Source: Verrucomicrobiia bacterium
GTDB lineage: Bacteria; Verrucomicrobiota; Verrucomicrobiia; Limisphaerales; UBA1319
DNA: 64,000 bases
Direction: 5' to 3'
Assembly: GCA_963664225.1 (NCBI GenBank)
Contig: OY760937.1
Coordinates: forward strand, 3,680,001-3,744,000
The translations under genes and the position numbers were made by a program. Position 1 is the stretch's first letter; every line of letters starts with the position of its first letter. The notes under the pieces are model-generated. The model worked only from the letters and a program-made list of their open reading frames with translations. It did not search any database and had not been told where the DNA came from. Of this stretch, positions 47,587 to 57,358 are shown in pieces.

Positions 47587-47744
47587 TGCCCGATAACGCG
47601 GTTTTCGGCGGCATTTGATATTCGTGTAAGTCCCTTTCAATAAGTTTGTTGCGTTTTTGATTGGCGCGTCTAACCGGATTTCGGATTGAATTTCCCCGCA
47701 ATCCCTCCATCATGGCTCCTGATTTATTGAAAGTCGCGCAAGCC

Positions 47745-49595
47745 ATGAAACGCACACACCATTGCAATGAACTTCGCCCGGCGCATATCGGGCAAACGGT
47801 AACTCTATGCGGCTGGGTTCACTCCCGCCGCGATCTGGGCGGTCTTATTTTTATCGATATCCGGGACCGCGAAGGCCGTACCCAGACAGTTTTCGATCCC
47901 TCGGCCCTTGCGGCGGAACTGTTTAACAAAGCCGCCAGCTTGCGCAGCGAGAGCGTGATTCGCGTGACCGGTGTGGTGCGGCAACGTCCCGCAGGAACGA
48001 CCAATTCGAAAATCGTGACGGGGGAGGTCGAAATTGTGGCGACCGAACTGGAGATTCTGAACATGGCGGCAGTGTTGCCGTTCCCGGTCGATGACCCGGA
48101 AGTGGCTGCGAAGGTCAACGAGGAATTACGGCTGCAATATCGCTACCTGGATTTGCGAAGGCCGGAAATGATGCGCAACCTGCGTCTGCGCAGTAAATTG
48201 GCGATTGCCTTGCGTCAGTATTTCGATGACAACGGCTTCTTGGAAGTCGAGACGCCGACCCTGTTCAAATCCACCCCAGAGGGCGCGCGCGAGTTTATTG
48301 TTCCCAGTCGCACCAACCCGGGGCAGTTCTTTGCGTTGCCGCAGTCGCCGCAACAGTTTAAGCAGATTCTGATGGTTGCCGGTGTGGAGCGCTATTTCCA
48401 ACTCGCGCGTTGCTACCGTGACGAGGATTTGCGGGCAGACCGCCAGCCTGAGTTCACCCAGGTCGATCTGGAAATGTCCTTCATCGACCGCGAGGACATC
48501 TACAACCTGATGGAGGGATTGCTCAAGAAACTGTGGAAGGTGGCGCTGGATATCGACATTCCCACGCCGTTCCCGCGCGTGCCGTTTGCCGAGATCATGA
48601 ACCGCTACGGCATCGACAAGCCGGACACACGGTTTGGTATGGAGTTGGTCGATTTCACCGAGGAATTTCGCGCCAGCACTTTCAAGGTGTTCAGCGGAAC
48701 GATTGCCGCCGGCGGTGTGATCAAGGCGCTCAATGCCAAGGGCCTGGCCTGTGCCACGCAGGGGCAGATCGAGACCATGACCGAATACGCCAAGAGTTTC
48801 GGAGCCAAGGGTCTGGCCTTCATCAAGGTGGAGAAGGGCGAATGGAAATCGCCCATCGTCAAATTCTTCAGCGCGGCTGAAAAAGAGGCGCTGACCAAGA
48901 AACTGGCGATTGAGGAGGGGGACCTGATTTTGTTTGCCGCGGATCAATGGCTCAACGCCTGTGAAATTCTGGGCAAAATCCGTCTTTATTGCGCGGAGGT
49001 TCTCAAGACGTCCGGCAAGTTGACCATACCGCCGCATCAGTTCAATTTCCTGTGGGTGGTGGATTTCCCGCTGCTAAGTTTCGACAAGGAAATGAACCGC
49101 TGGTATTCGAGCCACCATCCGTTTACATCGCCTGTGGTCGAAGACATACCGCTGCTCCTGACTGACCCCAAGAAGGTGCGCGGTCAGCATTACGATGTGG
49201 TCGTCAACGGTGTGGAATTGGGCGGAGGATCGATCCGTATTCACCAGCCAGAGCTGCAGAAGACGATTTTCGAGCAGGTGCTGCAAATCCCGCCGGACGT
49301 CACGCAGGCCCGGTTCGGTTACATGCTGGAGGCCTTTAAATATGGCGCGCCGCCGCACGGTGGCATCGCGCTGGGCTTTGACCGCCTGGTGGCCATTCTC
49401 TGCGGCACTCCGAGCATTCGTGACGTGATCGCGTTCCCGAAGACCGCCAAAGGCACCTGCCTGATGACGCAGTCTCCGGCCAATGTCGATGCACGTCAGT
49501 TGCGGGATCTACACATTGAATTGAAGCTGGCCAAGAAACCGGTCGAGGTCGAAGTGAAGCCCCAGGCAACGCCTCCAGTTCCGCCGACCAAGTAA
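47745..49595 (+). CDS. aspS: Aspartate-tRNA ligase
   Basis: MKRTHHC, RRDLGG, RYLDLRR, STPEGAREF, LPQSPQ, RDEDLRADRQPEFTQ, GAD insert, GGGSIRIH, PPHGGIALGFDR. Confidence 0.97.
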   Translation: MKRTHHCNELRPAHIGQTVTLCGWVHSRRDLGGLIFIDIRDREGRTQTVFDPSALAAELFNKAASLRSESVIRVTGVVRQRPAGTTNSKIVTGEVEIVATELEILNMAAVLPFPVDDPEVAAKVNEELRLQYRYLDLRRPEMMRNLRLRSKLAIALRQYFDDNGFLEVETPTLFKSTPEGAREFIVPSRTNPGQFFALPQSPQQFKQILMVAGVERYFQLARCYRDEDLRADRQPEFTQVDLEMSFIDREDIYNLMEGLLKKLWKVALDIDIPTPFPRVPFAEIMNRYGIDKPDTRFGMELVDFTEEFRASTFKVFSGTIAAGGVIKALNAKGLACATQGQIETMTEYAKSFGAKGLAFIKVEKGEWKSPIVKFFSAAEKEALTKKLAIEEGDLILFAADQWLNACEILGKIRLYCAEVLKTSGKLTIPPHQFNFLWVVDFPLLSFDKEMNRWYSSHHPFTSPVVEDIPLLLTDPKKVRGQHYDVVVNGVELGGGSIRIHQPELQKTIFEQVLQIPPDVTQARFGYMLEAFKYGAPPHGGIALGFDRLVAILCGTPSIRDVIAFPKTAKGTCLMTQSPANVDARQLRDLHIELKLAKKPVEVEVKPQATPPVPPTK

Positions 49596-49618
49596 GGGCT
49601 GAACGCTGTTGAAGATTC

Positions 49619-49648
49619 AAGGGTCGCAAGAAATTGCGGCCCTTTTTT
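49619..49648 (+). terminator. Intrinsic terminator after aspS
   Basis: AAGGGTCGCAA-GAAA-TTGCGGCCCTT followed by TTTT. Confidence 0.85.
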
Positions 49649-49671
49649 ATGTCCCTGTATTGATCGTTTTA

Positions 49672-49899
49672 TCAGGCCGACTTTTCACTCGTCCTGCTCC
49701 CAATCCAATCGAGCAGTAGAAACGTGCAGACGAAAAATGGGAATACGCCATAGAGAGTGTCACTGGCCGAGTGCGAGTTTCTGTCAATCGCTCGAAAGAC
49801 CGCAATGCAGAATGCCAAGGCTGACAGACAAACGAAAGTCCCATGGACCGAAACCGGCAAGTAAAACCAGCCAAAGCGTTTAAACCATTTAGTTTTCAT
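49672..49899 (-). CDS. Small two-TM hypothetical membrane protein (75 aa)
   Basis: WFK..GW.Y.P.S..G start, two hydrophobic segments around DRNSHSASDTL. Confidence 0.7.
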   Translation of the reverse strand: MKTKWFKRFGWFYLPVSVHGTFVCLSALAFCIAVFRAIDRNSHSASDTLYGVFPFFVCTFLLLDWIGSRTSEKSA

Positions 49900-50067
49900 A
49901 AGTGTTTGAAGCAGAAAATGTTAAAATAATCACACATACGAAGGTCCTCTTTGGTAAACATATCTTTGCGATTCTGAAGTTGCAAGGGGTGGAGGCGACA
50001 TAGGCTCAGTTACGGAATAGAGGTCAATGGGGAAGGGAGCCTTAAAGCGATGAAGTAGTCGTACGCT

Positions 50068-50101
50068 AAAAAGCCGCCCTGAGTTAAACAAGGCGGCTTT
50101 T
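50068..50101 (-). terminator. Intrinsic terminator (potentially bidirectional)
   Basis: AAAAAGCCGCC...GGCGGCTTTT just after the stop of the secreted protein. Confidence 0.75.
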
Positions 50102-50115
50102 GAAAAATGAGGACG

Positions 50116-52203
50116 TTATTGGACGGCTTGATAGAACATCCGGGTGTCGGTTCCGAGCGGAATGGTCACCGTCACGGGACTGGTGGTCACGTTGGTGGTG
50201 AAGGCCGGAGTGAAGGTCTTGAAGTCAGGTGTGCTGCGGATGACCATGCTGTGGCCGGCGGTGCAGGTGACCTGAAATTGGATTTGGTTTTTGTTCAAAA
50301 CCTTTGCGTTCGAAATGACAGGCGCGGGCAGCGTGACGCCGCCCGTGGTGATCAGTTTGAAGTTGGTGGTGCGGCTCAACCCGCTCATGCCCGGTGACCC
50401 GCCCGGCAACAGGGCGATGTTTGTGCTGGCCAGGTGGAAGAACTGGAGTGAACCAGTATATGTAATGCCCGGTTGGAAGGTGCCTTTGGGAATGACGATG
50501 GAGGTCGCTGTGGCGTCCAGGTTGATGGGGATGCATTTATCGGGGGCGTGGAAGACCATGTTGGTGGAGTCGTTTATGGTGAGGCTGATTGCATCGAAGG
50601 CGGTGGGCGAGGGGTAGGCGTCCCATTGGAGTGTGAAATCGGCGTTGGGATCGACCGATTGCGCCGCGGTGAAATTGGCGACATGCGGCACGGTCGGTTT
50701 CCCCGAGTCGGGCAGCGGCGCTGTGGCGTTGTATGTGATTCCCGCAGAGACGGCGCTAATCTGGTAATTGCCCGGCGGATACGCGGTGTCGAATGCGGTC
50801 AGATTAGTTTGCGCTTCGTTGTAATAGGCGGAAGTACTGCCGAAGACGCTGAATACTTCGAGTGGATAGGTGGCTGCCGGAGTTGAGGGGACCACGACCG
50901 AGGCTGCGGTGAGAGTGGCAGGTCCACGAAGCGATACGCTGAAGAAGGCTCCTTCCACGGGGTCGAAAACCGGCGCGGCAACGCTGGTTTGCTGGTAATA
51001 ATACAATTTGGAAAGTGCGACTCCCACGGTTTGGTTCAGGGTGTTGGTGTCATTGCAGGGATTGTTGGTGGAACCCTGCACGGTGGTGAATTTGCCGGTG
51101 TAGGTGTTAATGGCCAGGGGGTTTCCAGCCAGGTCGCGGAAGTTGGCGCTGTTGGTAGCGGTGGGATTGAGGGTCCAGGTGATGGTCGAGCTTCCGGGCA
51201 AACCGGCGGCGTAGTAGCATGAGAGGGATTGCTTGTCCGACGACCACACATAGGTAAATCCGTCGGGGGTCAGGTTGGAGCTCCATTGAATGTTCTGGGT
51301 CTCAGCCATTGGCTCGCTAAAGCTGAAAGTAATGGGCACGAAACCGGTGAGGGCCACGGCGGTGGCATTATTGGTCGGGATGCTGTCCGTGAAGGTGGGG
51401 GGTGTGGTATCGATCGGGCCGGATCCACTTGTTTTGATGGTGAACGTGGTCTCCGAGCTGTAGCCGACACTGCTCATTGTCTCGGAACTGGTGTTCAGGC
51501 TGGTGACGGAGTAAAAGATGAGGCGCCCGGTATAGGTCTTGCCTGTGATCAAGGTGTCGGCAACCACTGTGTCTGAGGTGGCCGATCCACTGAGGTTGGC
51601 GTTCATGCCCAAACCGCTGTCATACACCACCGAAGTTCCGTCCAGAATTTGGAACTGAATGAAATCATCTGCACCACTGCCCGCAAAAGAGGACCAGCTA
51701 AAGGTGAAGTCGGAGGCCACATCCAGAGACTGGGCGGCGCCGAAATTGGATAAATGGGGCGCGGCAGGATAGGCTCCCGAAGCCAGGGCGAGAACGTTTG
51801 TGGCATCTCCGCTTAAGAATCCGCCCAGGTTGTAATGATAGCGCACGCCATAATCCCCTGTGCCGTAGGCGGCATTGAATGCGGTTGCGGAGGCTCCATA
51901 TCCGGTATAACCCATGTTGCCTCCAGAGACGTTTGCGAGTGGGTAATTACCTCCGGCGGGTGTGTTGACAGAAGCGCTGGTGACAAGGCCGGGGCTGAGG
52001 GGCTGAGCCAGCACTTGAAATATGTAGGGGTTGGATGCGGAGGCTACCACGCCGGATGCGGTTTGTGTGGAGCACTGACCTTTGTAGAGATCGACCCGGG
52101 AAAATCCGGGGACTGAGAACTGGGCTTGGGCAGCAGCAGTGCAAAGACAGAGGGCGCTGATCCACGGAACCAGGCTCCGGCCGTTCGAACGTGTTTTCTT
52201 CAT
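50116..52203 (-). CDS. Secreted Ser/Thr-rich protein with duplicated domain and central bacterial Ig-like (Big_5-like) domain
   Basis: Signal peptide ending AQA; DTTPP...PTNNATAV...ITFSFSEPM; two copies of PH..NF.AAQS.D...DFT..W...G.TYTG.L.F. Start at ATG 52203. Confidence 0.8.
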   Translation of the reverse strand: MKKTRSNGRSLVPWISALCLCTAAAQAQFSVPGFSRVDLYKGQCSTQTASGVVASASNPYIFQVLAQPLSPGLVTSASVNTPAGGNYPLANVSGGNMGYTGYGASATAFNAAYGTGDYGVRYHYNLGGFLSGDATNVLALASGAYPAAPHLSNFGAAQSLDVASDFTFSWSSFAGSGADDFIQFQILDGTSVVYDSGLGMNANLSGSATSDTVVADTLITGKTYTGRLIFYSVTSLNTSSETMSSVGYSSETTFTIKTSGSGPIDTTPPTFTDSIPTNNATAVALTGFVPITFSFSEPMAETQNIQWSSNLTPDGFTYVWSSDKQSLSCYYAAGLPGSSTITWTLNPTATNSANFRDLAGNPLAINTYTGKFTTVQGSTNNPCNDTNTLNQTVGVALSKLYYYQQTSVAAPVFDPVEGAFFSVSLRGPATLTAASVVVPSTPAATYPLEVFSVFGSTSAYYNEAQTNLTAFDTAYPPGNYQISAVSAGITYNATAPLPDSGKPTVPHVANFTAAQSVDPNADFTLQWDAYPSPTAFDAISLTINDSTNMVFHAPDKCIPINLDATATSIVIPKGTFQPGITYTGSLQFFHLASTNIALLPGGSPGMSGLSRTTNFKLITTGGVTLPAPVISNAKVLNKNQIQFQVTCTAGHSMVIRSTPDFKTFTPAFTTNVTTSPVTVTIPLGTDTRMFYQAVQ

Positions 52204-52432
52204 GCTTCTTAATCCTTGAAGTGTTTGTTTTTCGAAAAAAACCAATGGTGTTGCAGCATAAGACATGGTTTGGGGAAGGTCAATTATATATCGATAACGC
52301 GGAACGAGCGGCGATATGCAGGAGAAATCCGCATATGGCGCAGAGAACCGCAAATCAGGAACAGGAGAAAAAGGCAAATGGAACCGCGTTAAGACTAAAT
52401 ACGCAAATGGGCAAAGGGCGAAAAGGAAATTG

Positions 52433-52605
52433 ACCACTGGGGCACTGAGTCACGGAGGTGGAAAGGAATTGGAAAATTGACCTGTCCAACAATGAACATC
52501 CAACAACGAACGTCGAATTGGGCTGACCTCTGGCGAAGAGGATTTCAACATGGATGGGAAGGATGGACAGGATTTTAAACCACGGATTACTCTGATTTCA
52601 CAGAT
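52433..52605. repeat. Cluster of four short degenerate tandem-repeat tracts (8-, 7-, 9- and 9-nt periods)
   Basis: CACTGGGG/CACTGAGT/CACGGAG; GTCCAAC/AATGAAC/ATCCAAC/AACGAAC/GTCGAAT; AACATGGAT/GGGAAGGAT/GGACAGGAT; ACCACGGAT/TACTCTGAT/TTCACAGAT. Confidence 0.6.
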
Positions 52606-52674
52606 GAGAAAATGGGGGTTTTACTGGGCTTTTTGGGAAGAAATTTGTCGTGCGCCCGGCCTTCTTGAAGAGTA

Positions 52675-53178
52675 TCAAAGGTTTTGCAACCGGTCCCTGA
52701 AAGGCTCCAGATCCGGATCGGAGAGGGCCAATTGGAGGAGTTTCTTTTTGCCCAAGAGCGATTTGGCTTTCAGCAGCCAGTCCCACGCCTCGGTTAAATG
52801 CCCAAGCTGGGTTTGATAACAGGCCAGATTGTAGGCAACCAACGGTTCTTCGGGAAACAGGTGAGAGGCCGCAAGGAGTGACTTGAGGGCATGCCGCAGT
52901 CCATCTTTGGCCGCCCGACGCAGGGCATAGGATTGGTGCAGCCAGCCTGAGGCCTGTTCGGGGGCGCCCTGAATGATTTCCCGGGATACCACCAAAGCGC
53001 CCGGCCAGTCACCCAGGTTCTCACAAATCATCCAACGCATCTCCAAAACATCGGGATGGTTTCGCGCTTCCGCAGACACTTGATCGAGTTCGTTGCGGGC
53101 TTCCGCGGGGTTTTTCAGGTCCAGCCAACCCGACGCCGCCAAAACGCAGTGTATATCCGAAGGCTCAAGCCCTTTCAT
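52675..53178 (-). CDS. TPR-like hypothetical protein
   Basis: Helical repeats, YNLACY...G...EA..WL, terminal DPDLEP. Confidence 0.8.
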   Translation of the reverse strand: MKGLEPSDIHCVLAASGWLDLKNPAEARNELDQVSAEARNHPDVLEMRWMICENLGDWPGALVVSREIIQGAPEQASGWLHQSYALRRAAKDGLRHALKSLLAASHLFPEEPLVAYNLACYQTQLGHLTEAWDWLLKAKSLLGKKKLLQLALSDPDLEPFRDRLQNL

Positions 53179-53616
53179 AATAAATCAAGGGCACGATAGG
53201 CGCGGGCCACGCCGACCACAAGTTATTTGCCGAATCAGGCATGGGGAGTTTTTTGTTGGGGCATTGGGGTCTGGTTTTTGACCGATAACGGCATTTGGCC
53301 TACAGGAGCGGCGTAAAATTCGGCGGATACACGCCGAGATTGTCCAGAGCCTTGAGTGAAACTCGCGCATTTCGCAAAGGTTGGCTTGTTTTTTCAAATA
53401 TTTTGGCTTAAGAAGTGTCTTCAGCATGCCGTTATGCGATTGTGGGTCACTTGTGATCGCTTGCAGCATGAGCGATGCAGGCTCTTGGGAGGCTGTTTTG
53501 ACCACGGTTGCGCGGGGGGCGATTCGCGGGTATGATGCGTTGTGGCAATCATGTTTTAGTGATTTATGGGGTTAAACCTGGCGAACACGCCTGTGAGCGG
53601 GGAACAAAAACAAATC

Positions 53617-54021
53617 ATGCCGGACAGAAGCAACTCTTTGATTTTTGTGGTTGATGACGCGCCTCTCATCGGGGAAGTGGTTGAGGCCTTTTTAAAGATC
53701 GAGGGTTATCCGGTCCGATTTTTCGAAAATCCTGAGGTTGCATGGAAGGCCTTTTGCGATATTCCGTCCAAACCCAAAATGCTGATCACCGATTATGCCA
53801 TGGAGCCTTTTCACGGCATTGAATTGATTGAGCGATGCTTGAAGATCGATCCGGGCCTCAAGACCATTCTCATCAGCGGCAACGTCACGGAAAACATCGT
53901 GCAACAGTTTCCGGTGAGGCCCGATTACTTCATGCAAAAGCCTTTTAAATCCCGTCAATTGCTGGCGGCTGTCGCGGGTCTTTTGGCCTCCGGACATTTC
54001 AATGACCGCAACGAACGGTGA
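53617..54021 (+). CDS. Single-domain response regulator (CheY-like)
   Basis: FVVDD, ITDYAM (phospho-Asp), ISG, QKPF. Start could be 53566. Confidence 0.88.
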   Translation: MPDRSNSLIFVVDDAPLIGEVVEAFLKIEGYPVRFFENPEVAWKAFCDIPSKPKMLITDYAMEPFHGIELIERCLKIDPGLKTILISGNVTENIVQQFPVRPDYFMQKPFKSRQLLAAVAGLLASGHFNDRNER

Positions 54022-54023
54022 CC

Positions 54024-54053
54024 GGCCTTGCGACGGGATGCAATCGCAAGGCC
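54024..54053. terminator. Hairpin between convergent genes
   Basis: GGCCTTGCGA...TCGCAAGGCC 10-bp inverted repeat; weak U-tracts. Confidence 0.5.
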
Positions 54054-54083
54054 AAATTTCCGTTTGTCGTCCTCTGGGTGGAT

Positions 54084-54719
54084 TCAGTTTTTTTTCTGAA
54101 AGGCCGTCCGATGAATGGGCAGTCCCTGGTCCATGAATAACTTCTCGAAATCCGTGCTTACCGCGGTGAGTTCCTCGGGTATCGATGTTTCCTGGAAAGT
54201 GGGATTGGCCCGGCCTACTGCGGTCATTTGCCTGAAATAGTCGGTATCATCGGTGCGCAAGTGGAGGATGCCACCGGGGGCGAGCACGATTGCGGCCAAT
54301 TCCATAAAGTGGGCGTTGATGAGGCGTCGGCGGTGGTGTTTGCGTTTGGGCCATGGATCTGGGAAATAGACGTGAATGGCCTGGGCGCAAGCGGGAGGCA
54401 GGAGATATTCCAGAGCGTAGGAGGCTTCGAATCTCAGGAGCCGGAGGTTTTTCAATCCGGCGCGCGGTCCTTTACGGTCGAGTTTGCGGATGCGTCCGAG
54501 CAGGCGTTCGACGGCCAGGAAATTACGCTCGGGATGCAGGGCGGCGTATTTGAGCAGGAAAGCGCCGTCGCCACAGCCCAGTTCGATTTCCAGGGGTTGG
54601 ACGGAAGGGAACAGTGCTTCCGTGTGTATGGATTCGACAATACTGGAAGGAGCAAAAAAGAGCGAGGGTTTTTGGACCCCGCTTTTGCCCGCCGGATTTT
54701 CAATGACTGCGGTGTTCAC
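54084..54719 (-). CDS. trmB: tRNA (guanine-N7)-methyltransferase
   Basis: EIELGCGDG, FPDPWPKRKHHRRRL, LRTD...YF, TDFE; GTG start. Confidence 0.93.
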   Translation of the reverse strand: MNTAVIENPAGKSGVQKPSLFFAPSSIVESIHTEALFPSVQPLEIELGCGDGAFLLKYAALHPERNFLAVERLLGRIRKLDRKGPRAGLKNLRLLRFEASYALEYLLPPACAQAIHVYFPDPWPKRKHHRRRLINAHFMELAAIVLAPGGILHLRTDDTDYFRQMTAVGRANPTFQETSIPEELTAVSTDFEKLFMDQGLPIHRTAFQKKN

Positions 54720-54722
54720 GAT

Positions 54723-55910
54723 TTATTTTTTAACGAAAAGGGCCAGGGAGGCGGTGTAACCGTGCAAAAAATTACGGTTGCCGACGGGGCCGATTTCCCC
54801 GTTGCAGAAAAAGCCGGATAGCCCAATCGTTCCAAAAAAATTATTAACGCATTGGGCGTCGTGATTGGGCTGGCCGAAGAGGCGGTAACCCCGTCCGTTG
54901 CAGCAGCACAAACAGCCTCCGTAAATTTGGGTGTGAGCCAGTTTTTCCTGGGAATGCTGCAGGAGGGTGCGCATGTCTTCAGTGGCCGCCTCGGCGTCGC
55001 GCCGCTGGAATTGCATGGTCTGGCCCTGGCGGGGCAGGGCTCCCACGGCGAGGATGCCAGAACGTGGATCGGCGGCCAGAAGGTTGCGGATCAGGAAATC
55101 GCCCCGGTGAAATTCATCCAGGTATTCGTTGATGACCAGGCCGATGAAAAGATTTCCCTGTGATTTTTGCTGGTCCTCGGAGTCCAGGTGATTGTAGGTG
55201 TCCGCCAGGACCTCGTAAGCCGGGCGGTTGGCGATGCGGTGGATGAGGTTCTGAGCCGATTTGGTAATGGTCCAGGTTTCGCCGATGGGGGTGCAACCCT
55301 GGGAGATGATGCTGTGAATGCGGACGCCGCCCGAGAAGGCGATGGCCACACCGCCGGATTCATAGACTTCGCTGTTGAGATAGACCTGGGTGGTTTGCTG
55401 GGTGAGCGTGCCGCTGGCCAGACCGCCAACGATGGCCACGCCGGGAAAGGCCTCGTTCCATTGGTTAAGCCAGGTCTCGGAATCAATGTGGAAGGGATCG
55501 ACAAAGGCGAGCCAGCCATTGCAATCCTCCGGCTTGACGGCGGTCGTCTTGTGCCAAAAATCCGGTTGTTCAGCCCGGTCGAGTTGATCCTGTTCGAAGT
55601 GGCAGGCGTGAAGTTGGGCATTGGGCAGGTGGTATAATCCCAGGACCAGGCCCGGGGCGTCTTCGATTTCCAGATTGGCGGCGATCAAACTGCCGCTGGA
55701 ACAGCCCGCCAACAGGGGGATTTGCGCATGAACGCGAAGGATTTCGAGAATCGTGCCGCTGTGCTGGAAAAGTGCGGGGGATATGAATACCAGCCCAAGC
55801 GATACCTTTGGTGCGGCGAGGCTGGCGCGGACCTGGGCGGCCCAAAGCTGCAGGGCCGACTCGTCAAAGCCGCCTTTCCAATGGGATGCCACCGCATGTT
55901 CGTTTTGCAC
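54723..55910 (-). CDS. FIST N/C-domain sensory protein
   Basis: GCS, DPF, GGLASG, SQGCTPIG, GDFLIRNL, CNGRG..LF, GFFCNGEIGP...LHGYTA. Confidence 0.9.
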   Translation of the reverse strand: MQNEHAVASHWKGGFDESALQLWAAQVRASLAAPKVSLGLVFISPALFQHSGTILEILRVHAQIPLLAGCSSGSLIAANLEIEDAPGLVLGLYHLPNAQLHACHFEQDQLDRAEQPDFWHKTTAVKPEDCNGWLAFVDPFHIDSETWLNQWNEAFPGVAIVGGLASGTLTQQTTQVYLNSEVYESGGVAIAFSGGVRIHSIISQGCTPIGETWTITKSAQNLIHRIANRPAYEVLADTYNHLDSEDQQKSQGNLFIGLVINEYLDEFHRGDFLIRNLLAADPRSGILAVGALPRQGQTMQFQRRDAEAATEDMRTLLQHSQEKLAHTQIYGGCLCCCNGRGYRLFGQPNHDAQCVNNFFGTIGLSGFFCNGEIGPVGNRNFLHGYTASLALFVKK

Positions 55911-55978
55911 GAGTACAAATTATCCGGCATCGGCGGAATGGCAATGCGTAACGACAAAAAGAGGAGATTTAAGGGATG

Positions 55979-57112
55979 CTATCGGAGCCACTTTAATTGG
56001 CGGTGCGCAATATACGGATCCACACGCGACAGCAGAAAATAGTACCACCGTTCCTTGATTTTCTGCCAGAGGGATCGGGAGTTGATCCAGTTTCCAAGTT
56101 CCACGCGGCGAGAATGTTGCAAAGCGTCCGTGAAGATGCGGGTGGCTTCGGTGGCGATGACGGGGCTCTCGAGCCGGAGCATGAGGTCGTAGTTGATGCG
56201 CAGGCTGCGAACATCGACATTGGCGGATCCGACGTAGGTGGCCGAATCGATGACAATCAGTTTGGCATGAAGGATTTGCGGCTGGTATTCGTAGATCTCA
56301 ATACCAGCTTTGAGCATGGGAGTGTAAAGCCGGTGACAGGCCCATTGAGCGGGGGGAACATCGGATTTTCCGGCCAGGAGCAGTTGCACGCGTCCTCCGT
56401 GACGGGCGATGCGGAAGAGGTCCCGACGAATGCGCCTGGTTGGGAGGAAATAGGCGGAAATGATGCGGGCGCAGGCTCCATGTTCCAGGTCCTTGTGCAG
56501 CATTCGTTTGAACGAACTGAATCCGCGGCCCGGACCGCTGTGCAAAACCGTGTCGTTGCCGGAAATGGCGCTGGGTTGAATGGGGGGCTTTCGCAAACGG
56601 GCAAAATGTTTATGGCGGAGTTCGGCGCGTTGAAAGAGGAGATCGAAGGAGCGGGCCAATTCATTGACCAGTGGGCCGGTCAGGCGCAGTCCGAGATCCC
56701 GCCAGCCGTTGTGAACGCCATCCCCCTGGTATTCCGGGGCAATGTTGAAGCCTCCAACAAAGGCGTGCGCATCGTCGCAAACGAGGAGTTTGCGGTGATC
56801 GCGGAATCCGAAGCGCTCCAGGCTCATGGGATTGAACCAGTGGACCTGGCCGCCCGCGTCGCGCAGGGGTTGCCAAAAGGAATCGGATAAATAGAACGAG
56901 CCAAAGGAATCGATCAACACTTTTACCGTGACGCCGCGTTTCAGGGCTTCGATGAGGGCGCTGCGGAAATCGATCCCCAAAGGGGCGGCGGCAAAAATGT
57001 AGGTTTCAAGCCGAATACTTTTTGAGGCGGCGCGAATGGCATCCAGCATGGCCGCGAAAGCTTCATCGCCTGTTTCGAGCCACTGATGGCCGGGGATTAC
57101 GGCCGGTTGCAT
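55979..57112 (-). CDS. Cardiolipin synthase / phospholipase D family (ClsB-like, no N-terminal TM)
   Basis: Two HKD motifs (RDHRKLLVCD, LHAKLIVID), ETYIF, DSFGS, GWRD, AYFLP. Confidence 0.88.
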   Translation of the reverse strand: MQPAVIPGHQWLETGDEAFAAMLDAIRAASKSIRLETYIFAAAPLGIDFRSALIEALKRGVTVKVLIDSFGSFYLSDSFWQPLRDAGGQVHWFNPMSLERFGFRDHRKLLVCDDAHAFVGGFNIAPEYQGDGVHNGWRDLGLRLTGPLVNELARSFDLLFQRAELRHKHFARLRKPPIQPSAISGNDTVLHSGPGRGFSSFKRMLHKDLEHGACARIISAYFLPTRRIRRDLFRIARHGGRVQLLLAGKSDVPPAQWACHRLYTPMLKAGIEIYEYQPQILHAKLIVIDSATYVGSANVDVRSLRINYDLMLRLESPVIATEATRIFTDALQHSRRVELGNWINSRSLWQKIKERWYYFLLSRVDPYIAHRQLKWLR

Positions 57113-57358
57113 GGTCGGCATGATGCCTTGTTTTGTAGCCGATTGGAAGGTGAAATTCGCCGAGGGGCAAACGACAAAATTCAAGGGCAACTGTTGGTAA
57201 TGGTCCTTCTGGCAGGACGCCGCAGGAAACATCCGCTGGCGGGTGGAGTCACGGATTGGGCTAGAGAGGCAGGCGTCCAGTTTTTCATGTGAGGCTGACC
57301 GTTCAACGACGGGATTCGAGACGGGGAGCCGGAGAGCCGGGCGTTTGCGTTTTCGATT

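Noticed and set aside
48126..49037. 303-aa minus-strand ORF
   Set aside because: Antisense shadow of aspS
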